Sequence record: SRR9188677_103
Length of the DNA stretch: 64,000 nt
Reading direction: 5' to 3' (one strand)
Positions within the stretch are counted from its first letter, which is position 1, and each line of letters starts with the position of its first letter. The translations under genes and the position numbers were made by a program. The notes under the pieces were generated by a model, which saw only the letters and a list, made by a program, of their open reading frames with translations, was not told where the DNA came from and searched no databases. Positions 33,201-43,244 of the stretch are shown piece by piece.

Positions 33201-34301
33201 ATGCTGCTCATTGCTGTAACACTATTTGTATCTGCACTGTTGGGGACCATGATTTGTATACGTTCTGTCATTTCTGTTGCCAGGATTAAACACTTATTTG
33301 ACGAGCCCTCTGAAGAAAGAAAAATACATATTTACAAAACGCCCAATCTTGGTGGCGTAGGAATTTATTGTGCCTTCCTTTTTGCGGTAACGCTTGTTAT
33401 TCCTGTTCAGACATTACCTTATTTCAACAGTTTTGTAGCCGCCAGCCTCATCATTTTTGCCATTGGTTTGAAAGACGACCTCGTAGGCATGGGCCCTACC
33501 AAGAAATTCCTTGCCCAAACAGCCGCCGCATGTATTATGGCTATTTTAGGCGATGTACGACTAACCAGTTTTCATGGTCTGTTTGGTATTGGCGAGATCA
33601 GTTATCCTTTAAGTATACTACTAACCATCCTGATCTATATTTTCATCTACAATGCCTATAACCTGATTGATGGAATTGATGGGTTAGCGGGTGGTCTCGG
33701 ATTATTGGGCAGTCTGGTTTATGCAGTATGTTTTTATCTGCAGGGTAGCCTGGGCGATTGTATGCTGGCCATTGCATTTTCAGGAACTTTGGTGGGGTTC
33801 CTGTACTATAATATTTCTCCGGCAAAAACCTTTATGGGCGATACGGGATCCTTGTTTACGGGCTTTATGCTTTCCGTATTCTGTGTCCGTTTTATTGAGC
33901 TGAACAAGGCCGGAGATGGCTTTTTTCAGGCAGCGCCTGCGTTTGCCTTTGCCACCATTATCATTCCGATTGTAGATACAGTGCGTGTATTTATGTTACG
34001 GATTCTCCGTGGGCGCTCTCCTTTTATTGCAGATAATAACCACCTGCACCACCGTTTTCTGACCATGGGTTTTGCTCATATGCAAACAACCGGTATTCTG
34101 ATTGCTTCCAATGCGGTTTTTATTGCTGCCGGCGTTTTATTGCAGGAAATCGGGAATGCCCAATTAATCAGTTTTCTCCTGTTTCTTGCTATTATGATCA
34201 ACTTCTTCTTCTGGAACCTTTCCAAAAAAGAGAAAAAACAAGCTGATATACTTCCTTTAAAAGAAGCACAGAACGACATTCCGCTGGAAAAGAAAGGATA
34301 G
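33201..34301 (+). CDS. MraY/WecA-family undecaprenyl-phosphate GlcNAc-1-phosphate transferase
   Basis: RKIH..TPNLGG, GLKDD, NAYNLIDGIDGLA, FMGDTGS, D.NHLHH. Confidence 0.92.
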   Translation: MLLIAVTLFVSALLGTMICIRSVISVARIKHLFDEPSEERKIHIYKTPNLGGVGIYCAFLFAVTLVIPVQTLPYFNSFVAASLIIFAIGLKDDLVGMGPTKKFLAQTAAACIMAILGDVRLTSFHGLFGIGEISYPLSILLTILIYIFIYNAYNLIDGIDGLAGGLGLLGSLVYAVCFYLQGSLGDCMLAIAFSGTLVGFLYYNISPAKTFMGDTGSLFTGFMLSVFCVRFIELNKAGDGFFQAAPAFAFATIIIPIVDTVRVFMLRILRGRSPFIADNNHLHHRFLTMGFAHMQTTGILIASNAVFIAAGVLLQEIGNAQLISFLLFLAIMINFFFWNLSKKEKKQADILPLKEAQNDIPLEKKG

Positions 34302-34339
34302 GCATGGCTGATTCTCTCCGAAAAAAATACTTACTTCTG

Positions 34340-35014
34340 TCAGTGTTCTAATGCAGCCGGTCTGGGAGGTAGCGATGGGAATATTTTACTGACCAGTTTT
34401 GAATCAGTGAAAAAAATCTGCCATACCGTTAAAAAAAGTATCAGAAAATCTGTACCAAAAGATTGATGTTGCTGGTACCACATTTCCAATTCGCCCTTAT
34501 ACGGCGAAATAACCGTATCATAAAAATGCTTGGGGTCACTTTTATGTTCAGACATCATCTTTTCTTCATCCCTGAATACAATTGATCCGATACCGGTAAT
34601 GCCGGGGATCACATTGTATATATTCGCCTTTACATACTCAGAATAAGGTTCAAAAGTTTTATCAACAAGTGGCCTGGGTCCAACAAAGCTCATATCTCCT
34701 TTGATTACGTTCAATAATTGCGGCAATTCATTCAGCTTGGTAGGTCGTAGAAATTTACCCATGGGGGTAACCCTTGCATCGCCCCGTAAAGTGATCAGAC
34801 CGGTACCGATATTGGGACTGTTTTTCAACATGGTCGCAAACTTGATAATAGCAAAAGGCCTGTTTTTGAACCCGATTCTTTGCTGGTAATAGAAAAGATA
34901 ACCTTCGCCGGTTAACTTCATCAAAGGTATCAGCACTACCAGGAGCGGCAACAATACAATGATGACTAAGGATGCGAAAAAAATATCAAAAAACCGTTTT
35001 ACATACAGGTACAT
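34340..35014 (-). CDS. Small monotopic phosphoglycosyltransferase (PglC-like sugar transferase)
   Basis: VKRFFDI, KFATM, KLNELPQLLNV.KGDMSFVGPRP, PGITG. Confidence 0.88.
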   Translation of the reverse strand: MYLYVKRFFDIFFASLVIIVLLPLLVVLIPLMKLTGEGYLFYYQQRIGFKNRPFAIIKFATMLKNSPNIGTGLITLRGDARVTPMGKFLRPTKLNELPQLLNVIKGDMSFVGPRPLVDKTFEPYSEYVKANIYNVIPGITGIGSIVFRDEEKMMSEHKSDPKHFYDTVISPYKGELEMWYQQHQSFGTDFLILFLTVWQIFFTDSKLVSKIFPSLPPRPAALEH

Positions 35015-35019
35015 AGCGG

Positions 35020-36219
35020 CTACATTTTTTTGTCTAAACCCAATCCTGTTTCAATATGTTCGAACTCCGGAATATACTTTTTAAGCCAGTCAACAATAGA
35101 TGCTTTAGATGTATTATCTGCCAGCAGCAGTGTTTGTAACTCCGCAATGATCACACCAAAACTTTCGATGGTATGGGAACTTTGTTTTGAAATCACACCC
35201 AGGCTGTTGTACCTGTTCAGCGAGTATTGCTCATCATCGGTATAAAATTCTTCATACAATTTCTCGCCGGAGGTATCAGTGGTAAACAGATATACCGGGT
35301 ACATTTTTTCTTTCAGCAGATGCATCTTATCTCTGGCCTCAGCTTCTGACTGGCAGATATAGGGAGTAAACCCTTTATCCTTTAATAAAACCGGAAAGAT
35401 ATCTGCAAAGCGGATTAGATCCTGTTTCATATCCAGTTTAGGGAAAAATATTTCTGCCGTTTTACCCAGCACACAGGCCAGCAAACAAATTTCTCCTGAT
35501 TCCTGTGGAGATACAAAGAAACGGGTAACATCTTCCGGGCAGGACAGGGGTTGCTCTTTTTCTATCCGGTTAAGGAAACCTTCGAGCAGACTGCCATTTG
35601 AAAAAGCCACATTCGCAAATCTGGCAGTGGTGATCTTAAAATGTGATGAATAAGCCAGAATCAGCTCTTCCATCATCTTTTTACTGGCGCCCATGATATT
35701 TACCGGATTGGCCGCCTTATCAGTAGATACACAGAAAAAATGATCGGGTGGATACTGGATCAGCAGGTCCAGTAATCCTTTGGCTTTGATCAGGTTATTC
35801 TCCAGCAAAGCCTCAATGGAAAAAATATCTTTCTCACTTCTCACATGTTTGTGCGCCGCAAAATTGGCCACAATATGGAAGGGCCCATGCGCTTTAAACA
35901 GTTTGAAAAAAGCCGGATTATCGAATGAAAGAGGGTAGGTATAAAACTCGTTAGGGATATACTGATCTTTTGTACTGCGCAGGTCTCTCACCAGTTCCGT
36001 TAAGCCATTTTCATTGATATCAACCACCACCAGTTTGGCAGGCCTGAACCGCAAAGCTGCTTTGATAAAAGAAGACCCGATAGTACCCGCTCCGCCAATG
36101 ACCAATAGTTGTTTACCGGTGATATTAGCTGATAAAGTAGCTTCATTTGCTGCGATGTCTTTTGTGAAGAGGCTCTCTGACCTTTGCAGAAACTGAAGTA
36201 TAAAAGCGTTTGTATCCAT
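35020..36219 (-). CDS. UDP-GlcNAc 4,6-dehydratase (CapD/Polysacc_synt_2, soluble short form)
   Basis: GGAGTIGS, AAHKHVRSE, STDKAANPVNIMGASK, ARFANVAFSNGS. Confidence 0.85.
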   Translation of the reverse strand: MDTNAFILQFLQRSESLFTKDIAANEATLSANITGKQLLVIGGAGTIGSSFIKAALRFRPAKLVVVDINENGLTELVRDLRSTKDQYIPNEFYTYPLSFDNPAFFKLFKAHGPFHIVANFAAHKHVRSEKDIFSIEALLENNLIKAKGLLDLLIQYPPDHFFCVSTDKAANPVNIMGASKKMMEELILAYSSHFKITTARFANVAFSNGSLLEGFLNRIEKEQPLSCPEDVTRFFVSPQESGEICLLACVLGKTAEIFFPKLDMKQDLIRFADIFPVLLKDKGFTPYICQSEAEARDKMHLLKEKMYPVYLFTTDTSGEKLYEEFYTDDEQYSLNRYNSLGVISKQSSHTIESFGVIIAELQTLLLADNTSKASIVDWLKKYIPEFEHIETGLGLDKKM

Positions 36220-36227
36220 TTTCGAAT

Positions 36228-37142
36228 TTAAGGCTGTTTTACAAAAGATCCGATGGTTTGCCGGATCCCTTCTTCACTGCTTAGTGGCAGTTGTTTGCCC
36301 AAAGCAGTTAGTATTTTATGATTGCTGACTACATAACTCTCTGTGAGCTTCTGTAGTTTTTCCGTGGTCAACGGCAAATGTAATATATCGCCTGCTTTGG
36401 CAAGCATCTTTACCCATTTTACAGGAACTTTCCACATCACAGCCGTTTTACCCATTACCGAAGCAATGAGGGTAACCAGCTGGTTGGTAGAAAGAGGGGT
36501 ATCATCTGCCACCTGATAGATTCCCGATGGTACCTGGTTGTTTTTAAGTAAAGAATCTATGACAAAACAAAGATTACTGATACCCAGAAAAGAACGCTGG
36601 TTCTGAAAAGCCCCCAGTGGCCAGGGAATCCCTTTCTGCAGTAATTGATAGAGTAAGGTAAGGTTGCCTTTATTACCCGGCCCATGAATCATACAGGGCC
36701 TGAGGATAAAATATTGTTTACCGGCGGTCTGTGGCCTGGATTGAATATATGCTTCTGCCATCAGCTTGGATTTACCATAATCTGTCTGGGGAGTGGCGGG
36801 CATTTCTTCAGTCAAAACTCCTTCTACCCTATCGGCCGCCGCTTTTACAGAACTCATAAAAATAAAACAGGAAGCTTCTGATACCAGAAAGGCATCATAC
36901 AATTTCCGGGTAAGTTCATAATTGATCTGGTAATAACTATCCGGCTCCTGTACCCGGCGCAGGTCATGTGCTTTTCCGGCCAGATGCAGTATAGCCGAGC
37001 CCGGTATCCACTGATCGGCTGCCAGCGGCTTGCGGAGATCAAGTGCTACGCATTCAATGCCAGAATCTGAGGCAAAATAACTGCCTACATTCTGACCTAC
37101 GAATCCGGAAAATCCGGTAACATATAGCACGCGTTTTTGCAT
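36228..37142 (-). CDS. NAD-dependent epimerase/4-reductase (WbpV/WbpK-like)
   Basis: TGFSGFVG, HLAGKAHD, MSSVKA, YGKSK, LRPCMIHGPGNKGNL. Confidence 0.8.
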   Translation of the reverse strand: MQKRVLYVTGFSGFVGQNVGSYFASDSGIECVALDLRKPLAADQWIPGSAILHLAGKAHDLRRVQEPDSYYQINYELTRKLYDAFLVSEASCFIFMSSVKAAADRVEGVLTEEMPATPQTDYGKSKLMAEAYIQSRPQTAGKQYFILRPCMIHGPGNKGNLTLLYQLLQKGIPWPLGAFQNQRSFLGISNLCFVIDSLLKNNQVPSGIYQVADDTPLSTNQLVTLIASVMGKTAVMWKVPVKWVKMLAKAGDILHLPLTTEKLQKLTESYVVSNHKILTALGKQLPLSSEEGIRQTIGSFVKQP

Positions 37143-37267
37143 CCACTAAAGATTGACATGATAATGGGCGGGAAAATAAGAAAAAACTGCGGGAGAAAAT
37201 CAAATGGGCAGCCTATTCAGGGCTACGCCGGCAGAAAGGATCATAAAAGCAGCGGAAAAAGAAAGTA

Positions 37268-38050
37268 CTATGCTTTCTTGCGGGAGAAGATATTCAGGAT
37301 AAAAGGTTGTATATACTCAGTAGATTTTTTAAAGTATTTCAGAGACAGTAATAAATAGCCGGTTCTGACTCCGTTTTCGTTACAGGCCCTGATGATTTCT
37401 TTGTTAAGCAGAAAACGGCTATAAAGGGTCTGGTTACTTACACCGCCGGGACGCATATATACCAATTCCCTGGGTATATAACTGTAACTGATCCGGTGGG
37501 TATACAAAAACCGCATGATTAACTCATAATCGGAAGCAATTACATAGTCTTCCTGGTATAACCCAAATGTTTGGTAACAACTACGTTTTACATAAAAAGT
37601 AGGATGCGGAGGCATAAACCCGTATTGAAAAGACTTTATGCTGAATGAACGCGAAGAATAGTGACGTATTTTTTTTTGCAGGTCGGTGGGGCTTACAAAA
37701 GCGATATCACCGAAAACTGCCTCACTGTTATTCTCTTCAAAGGCGCTCACTATGTCTGCAACAGAAGTATCCGACGAAAAGAAATCATCTGAATTCAGGA
37801 TGCCCACAATATCGCCAGTGGCCAATGTTATCCCTTTGTTCATGGCATTGTACATGCCTTTGTCTTTTTCAGAAACCAGGATGCTGATGCCTTCCCTGTA
37901 TTGCTCGATAATCTGAAGCGTTTGATCGCTGGAAAGACCGTCTATGATAATATATTCAATGTCGGGATGGGTTTGTGAGATCACAGATTGTATGGTCTTC
38001 TCAATTGTTTTAGCGGAATTATAACAAACGGTTATGATGGATACTTTCAT
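37268..38050 (-). CDS. Glycosyltransferase family 2 (WcaE-like)
   Basis: MKVSIITVCYN, IIDGLSSD, SEKDKGMYNAMNKG, LNSDD, MPPHP, ASDYE. Confidence 0.92.
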   Translation of the reverse strand: MKVSIITVCYNSAKTIEKTIQSVISQTHPDIEYIIIDGLSSDQTLQIIEQYREGISILVSEKDKGMYNAMNKGITLATGDIVGILNSDDFFSSDTSVADIVSAFEENNSEAVFGDIAFVSPTDLQKKIRHYSSRSFSIKSFQYGFMPPHPTFYVKRSCYQTFGLYQEDYVIASDYELIMRFLYTHRISYSYIPRELVYMRPGGVSNQTLYSRFLLNKEIIRACNENGVRTGYLLLSLKYFKKSTEYIQPFILNIFSRKKA

Positions 38051-38108
38051 TTTACAGGCTATCAATATTCATTAAACTACAAGACTTTAGGTGCTATACA
38101 AGGCAATT

Positions 38109-39140
38109 TTATATACTGACATATTTCCTGTAAACATCAATAATCTTATCAGCGGCGATGTCCCATGAATACTTTGCAGCATTCACAAATCCATTCTCAA
38201 TATACCTGCTTCTTAATTGCGGGTTATATAAACTATTTATAGCTTCAACAATATTGTCGGGAGCTATATCAGCCAATAAAATTGCTGCATTGCCTGATAT
38301 TTCTGAAATAGAGGAACCAGAAAAAGCGATAACAGGGCATCCGGCTTTCATTGCCTCAATAACCGGGATGCCAAAACCTTCGTAGAGAGACGGATATACC
38401 AAACAAAATGCATTATTATATGCGAGATTTAATTCCTCGCCTGATAAATAACCCAGGAACATGAATCTACCCGGGATTAACCTATTCAGGAAAATGAGTT
38501 CCTCCTTGCTAAATTCTCCACCACCTACACAATATAACTTGAAATCTGATAAATGCTGTAAAGCGATAGCCACACTCTTAAAATTTTTGTAACCACTTCG
38601 CTGTCCAACAAAAAGTATATACTTATTGGCTTCTAATGAACTATTTTTAATTGGATAAAAGTGATCACTTACACCATTATAAATAACAACTATCTTCGAT
38701 TCATCTATTTTATGACAATAATTTAATAAATCATTTTTTGTATTATTTGAGACACAAATTATAGTATCGGCATTTTTTATAGCATGTTGCTTTTGTGCTG
38801 AATGAACCCATTTTCGAGGTCCGGAAACAAATTTTTCATAGGTAAAATCATGAACAGTTGTTACTACTGGAATATTTTTCTTTTGCGGAAGTCTGTAATA
38901 ACTTGAATGAAAAACCCTCGCATTTTTTGAAATCTGGCAACTTCTATATCGCTCAAGGTATCTTGGTTCAAGTTCAATAAAATCTTCGGGTTGTAAAAAA
39001 TCGTTACTTTTCCTGTTTTTATAGACAACCAATTCAGCCGGTATTTTTCTTTCACGCAACCGCCTTAACAATTCAGTAAAATATACACTTACACCTCCAT
39101 TTTTTTGAAGCGAATAAATAATGCCATCAATAGAAATCAT
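38109..39140 (-). CDS. Glycosyltransferase family 4
   Basis: GGVSVYF, HSSYYR, TTVHDF, VGQRSGYKNF, YPSLYEGFGIPVIEAM. Confidence 0.92.
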   Translation of the reverse strand: MISIDGIIYSLQKNGGVSVYFTELLRRLRERKIPAELVVYKNRKSNDFLQPEDFIELEPRYLERYRSCQISKNARVFHSSYYRLPQKKNIPVVTTVHDFTYEKFVSGPRKWVHSAQKQHAIKNADTIICVSNNTKNDLLNYCHKIDESKIVVIYNGVSDHFYPIKNSSLEANKYILFVGQRSGYKNFKSVAIALQHLSDFKLYCVGGGEFSKEELIFLNRLIPGRFMFLGYLSGEELNLAYNNAFCLVYPSLYEGFGIPVIEAMKAGCPVIAFSGSSISEISGNAAILLADIAPDNIVEAINSLYNPQLRSRYIENGFVNAAKYSWDIAADKIIDVYRKYVSI

Positions 39141-39286
39141 TATAAATATGATTAAATTCAGGTGTCGTAATGAAGAAATGAGATACTATTCACAAACTAC
39201 TTCAAAGAGGATATCTTTATTACAGGAAAATTTGGAAATTGATTTAGAGAGAAAAATAATTCTTGAAGTAATTAGATGACACTTGT

Positions 39287-40465
39287 CTATTTTTCTGAAG
39301 CAATATTTTTACGCAATGTTGCAAAAACCAATGACCAAATTACCAGGTTAAAGAAATTTCCGGAAGAAAACATGCCGGCATCAAAAAAACAATAAGCCAG
39401 AAAAGAAATAAACAGCGCATTTACATGAATGCCATTCAGTTTCTTCTTGCCTGTTTTATATACGATAATGGATAAGGAAATAATAAGAATAACAAAAAAA
39501 ACAATCCCGTTCTCCAGCAGATATTGCAGGTAAAAATTATCGCTTTGCGAAGTTGAAAAGTTTTTTACCACACCATAATCGCCGATCTTTGACCCACCCC
39601 CGAAAAGACTGAAATTAAACTGCTTGATCCAGAATTCCAGGCGACTGCTGCTGAGTTGGTTGATCTGTTCATAAAACATAATCAAAGACATAGCAATGAG
39701 TATGAAAGGCAGCACAAAATAGGTTCCGATGATAGCAGCAACGCTTACCCTTGCCAGCAAAACGTTGATCAGAGAGAAATTCAGAAAAAACAGGAAAGAA
39801 TTACGTGACTGAACAAAATAGAGAAGAATAAGCCCTGCAAAGGTAAAAAACTGGTTGAATTTGGGTTGTAAAGTATGGCTGATATAGAACCTGAAAAGTA
39901 AAATTACGGTGAGTATACTGATAGCAGCTTCTTTGGGATGAAAAAAACCAAGTAATAGCCTGTCCCGACCATAATACGAATTAAAGATAAAAGTGCCGCC
40001 TTGCAGAAAAATATCCATGACTGCCGGAATAGAGAGAATAGCTGCGAAAACAAAAAAATCTTTTTTGGTAAACGCATTGTCCTTCATGAAAAGCTGATCT
40101 GCATAAAAATAGCAGGAACAAAGAAATAGTGAGAACTGGAAAAACACCAAAATATCAGCTAAACTGCTTCCTGCTCCTCTTAGTAAATATACAATGATTA
40201 CGAGAGAGAGAGTGAGTGGCACTGCAGCCAGATCCCGTTTAATTAAAATATCACCCCGCACTAAAAAGATAAAAAAAGCGACACTGGATGGGAGTAGAAT
40301 AACGATATGTTTTATAAAATAAAAAAAATTCGTTTCCTGCGTAACCATAAACCTTGATATAGATAGTACATACAGGAAAAAAGAGAAGAAAAAGAAATAT
40401 TTCGCCACCCGGAATTTCGATATCCGCATTGATCCAACATTCGAAACCGCTAGCATGTCATTCAT
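39287..40465 (-). CDS. Probable O-antigen polymerase (Wzy)
   Basis: 392 aa, about 10 TM, Phe-rich; R.LLGFFHP, QSRN, SSRLEFW, DNFY...ENGI; lies among GT genes. Confidence 0.7.
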   Translation of the reverse strand: MNDMLAVSNVGSMRISKFRVAKYFFFFSFFLYVLSISRFMVTQETNFFYFIKHIVILLPSSVAFFIFLVRGDILIKRDLAAVPLTLSLVIIVYLLRGAGSSLADILVFFQFSLFLCSCYFYADQLFMKDNAFTKKDFFVFAAILSIPAVMDIFLQGGTFIFNSYYGRDRLLLGFFHPKEAAISILTVILLFRFYISHTLQPKFNQFFTFAGLILLYFVQSRNSFLFFLNFSLINVLLARVSVAAIIGTYFVLPFILIAMSLIMFYEQINQLSSSRLEFWIKQFNFSLFGGGSKIGDYGVVKNFSTSQSDNFYLQYLLENGIVFFVILIISLSIIVYKTGKKKLNGIHVNALFISFLAYCFFDAGMFSSGNFFNLVIWSLVFATLRKNIASEK

Positions 40466-40477
40466 TGATTGATTTGT

Positions 40478-41542
40478 TTAGGCTTTGAGCCAATTTAGTT
40501 GATACACACTTACCTGTGTGTTGTAAAATTCTTCAAAATCCAATGATTTGATAGCAGCACAAAAAGTATGATAGTGATCCGGTATAGTCATATATCTAAC
40601 CGCATGCAAAAGTGATTCTTCAGAATCTGGGATAAATTCCAATCCTACCCCGTATCTGCGTACAAGATCAATATGACATCCCACGTGGTCAGATACAATG
40701 ACCGGTAGCCCGTTTTGTAAGGCTTCCTCTACCACTAAACCCCAGGGTTCAGAAACGGAAGGAAGTATCATTACCTGTTGCTCTATAAACAAAGAAATCA
40801 GGGCCATATTGGGTACATACCCAAGGAAGCTGATGTTGCTACTTGCAATTTGCTTTAACTCGGTTTCAAGTGTGCCTGTTCCTGCTATGGTAAGCTGGTA
40901 TTCGGTATGCCGGTTAAAAAAATTAATCAAAAAATGGAGATTTTTTTCGGCAACCAGTCTGCCGATAAAGAGAAACCGTTTAATTTCCCGGCTTTCAGTA
41001 TGATAGTTTCTGCTGATCAGGGAAGGAATGCCTACGCCACCTACTTTTTGAAAATGACCCTTAAAACCTAATGCCTGTAAAAGTGCCAACTGCGGTTCAC
41101 CAGAAGGGAGAGCAAAATTTGTAAGAGAGAGAAACAGACGTTTACTAAGGCCTTTTATACCACGGGTGTTACTTTCATATACAGAAGACTCTACCGCAAC
41201 ACCTTTCAACGACCTTCTACTCCAGATCAGTGAAATCCAGAATTCAGGAAGATCCCAGCCATTAACAATGATATGCTTATAACGGATAGCTTTCAGACAC
41301 AAGAGAAGTCTGGCACAGGATTTCCATTTACTTCTTTCCTGAAAATTCACATTGTTCAGAATCTGATACGGAAAATTGACTTCGTTTTGTGTAAAATCCT
41401 TTTCCCTGTCGGCCGAAGAAGAAGCAATGAAAATGACAAATATTTTTTTAGTGCCCGCAAGACGGTTATACAGCCGGGTCTTGTAAAAAGAAGGCAAATG
41501 TGTCACAATAACTATATCTGCTTCCATTTTTGTTTTTATCAA
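40478..41542 (-). CDS. Glycosyltransferase family 4
   Basis: FIGRLVAEKNL, ILPSVSEPWGLVVEEAL. Confidence 0.88.
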   Translation of the reverse strand: MIKTKMEADIVIVTHLPSFYKTRLYNRLAGTKKIFVIFIASSSADREKDFTQNEVNFPYQILNNVNFQERSKWKSCARLLLCLKAIRYKHIIVNGWDLPEFWISLIWSRRSLKGVAVESSVYESNTRGIKGLSKRLFLSLTNFALPSGEPQLALLQALGFKGHFQKVGGVGIPSLISRNYHTESREIKRFLFIGRLVAEKNLHFLINFFNRHTEYQLTIAGTGTLETELKQIASSNISFLGYVPNMALISLFIEQQVMILPSVSEPWGLVVEEALQNGLPVIVSDHVGCHIDLVRRYGVGLEFIPDSEESLLHAVRYMTIPDHYHTFCAAIKSLDFEEFYNTQVSVYQLNWLKA

Positions 41543-41662
41543 TGTCGGCTCCTGTTTATAAAGACCGTAAAAAAAAGGTTATCCAGCCATTTTTCATCAA
41601 AGAATCCGGAATACGGGTTTTATACTGCTATCAGGCTGCCTATATAGCACAGAAAGCTGATT

Positions 41663-42481
41663 TTATCTTTTGATATAAGGTTTCCAGAAATTCAAATCAT
41701 TTTTCACCCACGCATGGCACCCAAAAGGAATTTTTCTTTCATTCATTTCAAAACAAAGCGCCGGATTTGCATCAAAAGAAAACTGTAATGCATTGCATTT
41801 ATCTGCAATTCTAAAAGCCGGAAAAATTTCAGGGATGAATATTGACCAAAAAACATCTTCATGTGTATACTCATGGGTAAGATGCGCCCTGACTATTCTT
41901 ACCCTGTACAAAAACCGATCCGGTAAAACAGCTGTAAACATGAACAAAGCTCTCAGCATAAATCCAGCTTTCATCCTATCAAAGGCAGTTGCCAAACCTG
42001 TATATGTCTTCAGCGCAGCCAATACCTGAAGGCAACTCTGGATGTTCCTGAGTGAAAAACCGGAATTGCCAACACCGGTGATCTGGTTACCTGACAGTTC
42101 TTTCACTTTATGATCCTTATTAAAGAATGGGGCACCTATATAATCAAATTCTTTCCCGCACCAGAAAGCTAATTCATCTCTGAAAACATAGGCATCAGGT
42201 TCATAGGTTAGCATGTACCTGTAATCGCTGAACAGCGCATAAAAAGAAGGGTTGATTTTCATTTTATTGTAGGCTTTGATACTGCAAAGCCATTCAGCAG
42301 GAACTGTTTTTACAGCAAATGAAGGAACTGCCTCGCGGTAGGCTGTCAGATCAAGATGGGCAGGGGCCACTACATATATATCGTGGGTCCCAAGTATGGT
42401 AAAACATCTCCGGAAAGAGACCAATTCATGGATGGATGGTGTAGCAGAATGAACAGGGATAATAACACAACTCTGCTTCAA
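41663..42481 (-). CDS. DUF5672-like protein (putative glycosyltransferase)
   Basis: Likely TTG start at 42481 just after the upstream stop; DYIGAP, VGNSGFSLR, EDVFW, FSF, PFGCHAW motifs. Confidence 0.75.
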   Translation of the reverse strand: MKQSCVIIPVHSATPSIHELVSFRRCFTILGTHDIYVVAPAHLDLTAYREAVPSFAVKTVPAEWLCSIKAYNKMKINPSFYALFSDYRYMLTYEPDAYVFRDELAFWCGKEFDYIGAPFFNKDHKVKELSGNQITGVGNSGFSLRNIQSCLQVLAALKTYTGLATAFDRMKAGFMLRALFMFTAVLPDRFLYRVRIVRAHLTHEYTHEDVFWSIFIPEIFPAFRIADKCNALQFSFDANPALCFEMNERKIPFGCHAWVKNDLNFWKPYIKR

Positions 42482-42488
42482 CTGGCCT

Positions 42489-43244
42489 TTATTTTGTGAT
42501 AAAGAAATTATTTTCACTACATCTTTCAAAAACCGTGAAACCGGCACTTGCCAGTATGGGAAATACTTCTTCCGTATGAAAACATTCCAGTATGATCCCT
42601 TTGATGCGGTAAGTTGAGAGGAACCGGTGGGCTCCTTCCAGTACGTTTTTCTCAAATCCTTCTACATCAATTTTCAACAGGTATCCTCTGTCTGGCAGCA
42701 GGTCTTTTCTGCTTAGCATATATGCATCCAGTGTAAGCATATCCACACTGATGCCGGAAGGGTCGTTAGTAATGGAATTTACTGTTGAACTGTGACCCAT
42801 ATCAGAAAAAAAGGTTTTCCCGGATTGGTTGGAAAGTGCCACCTGTACCACAGAGTCGGCAGACCTGCCATTCAGCAGAAAATTCATCTTACACCGTCTT
42901 GCCGTAAACGGGTGTGGTTCAAACGCAATCTGTTCATCGCAAACATCCATCATACACACACTGTAAGAGCCTACATTGGCCCCGATATCCAGAAACACAT
43001 CTTCTTTACTGATCAGCGATCGCAGTTTAGCGATCTCTTTCCTGTCGGGAATATCCGTATACACATAAAAGGTAGATACATTACAATTAGGGTAGAGAAA
43101 CAGCTTTTTCCCGTTGAAAATCTTTTTGGAAACCGTTGAACCCGTCAGTCGCTTAAACAACTGAAAAAGAACGGCCAATACTGAGTACCGGATCGCTTTC
43201 AGGAAAGGGTTGGCAGTAAATATATAGCTGAATACTCTGATCAT
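42489..43244 (-). CDS. FkbM family methyltransferase
   Basis: FLDIGANVGSYS, AFEP, VALS, LLKIDVEGFE..VLEGA. Confidence 0.92.
   Translation of the reverse strand: MIRVFSYIFTANPFLKAIRYSVLAVLFQLFKRLTGSTVSKKIFNGKKLFLYPNCNVSTFYVYTDIPDRKEIAKLRSLISKEDVFLDIGANVGSYSVCMMDVCDEQIAFEPHPFTARRCKMNFLLNGRSADSVVQVALSNQSGKTFFSDMGHSSTVNSITNDPSGISVDMLTLDAYMLSRKDLLPDRGYLLKIDVEGFEKNVLEGAHRFLSTYRIKGIILECFHTEEVFPILASAGFTVFERCSENNFFITK

Noticed and set aside
33023-33289. 88-aa and 74-aa ORFs in the wzi/wecA spacer
   Set aside because: They overlap the promoter region and the wecA-like start; no recognisable motifs.
37669-37677. A9 tract in a GT2 gene (another at 61324-61332) as a phase-variation switch
   Set aside because: Both genes are in frame and A/T runs of 8-9 are expected in AT-rich, Lys-rich genes; no long G/C tracts were seen.
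42482-42655. Long overlap between the DUF5672-like ORF and the FkbM gene
   Set aside because: Artefact of longest-ORF calling; a TTG at 42481 removes it. The same applies to the 24173, 53741, 57466 and 63014 ORF extensions.
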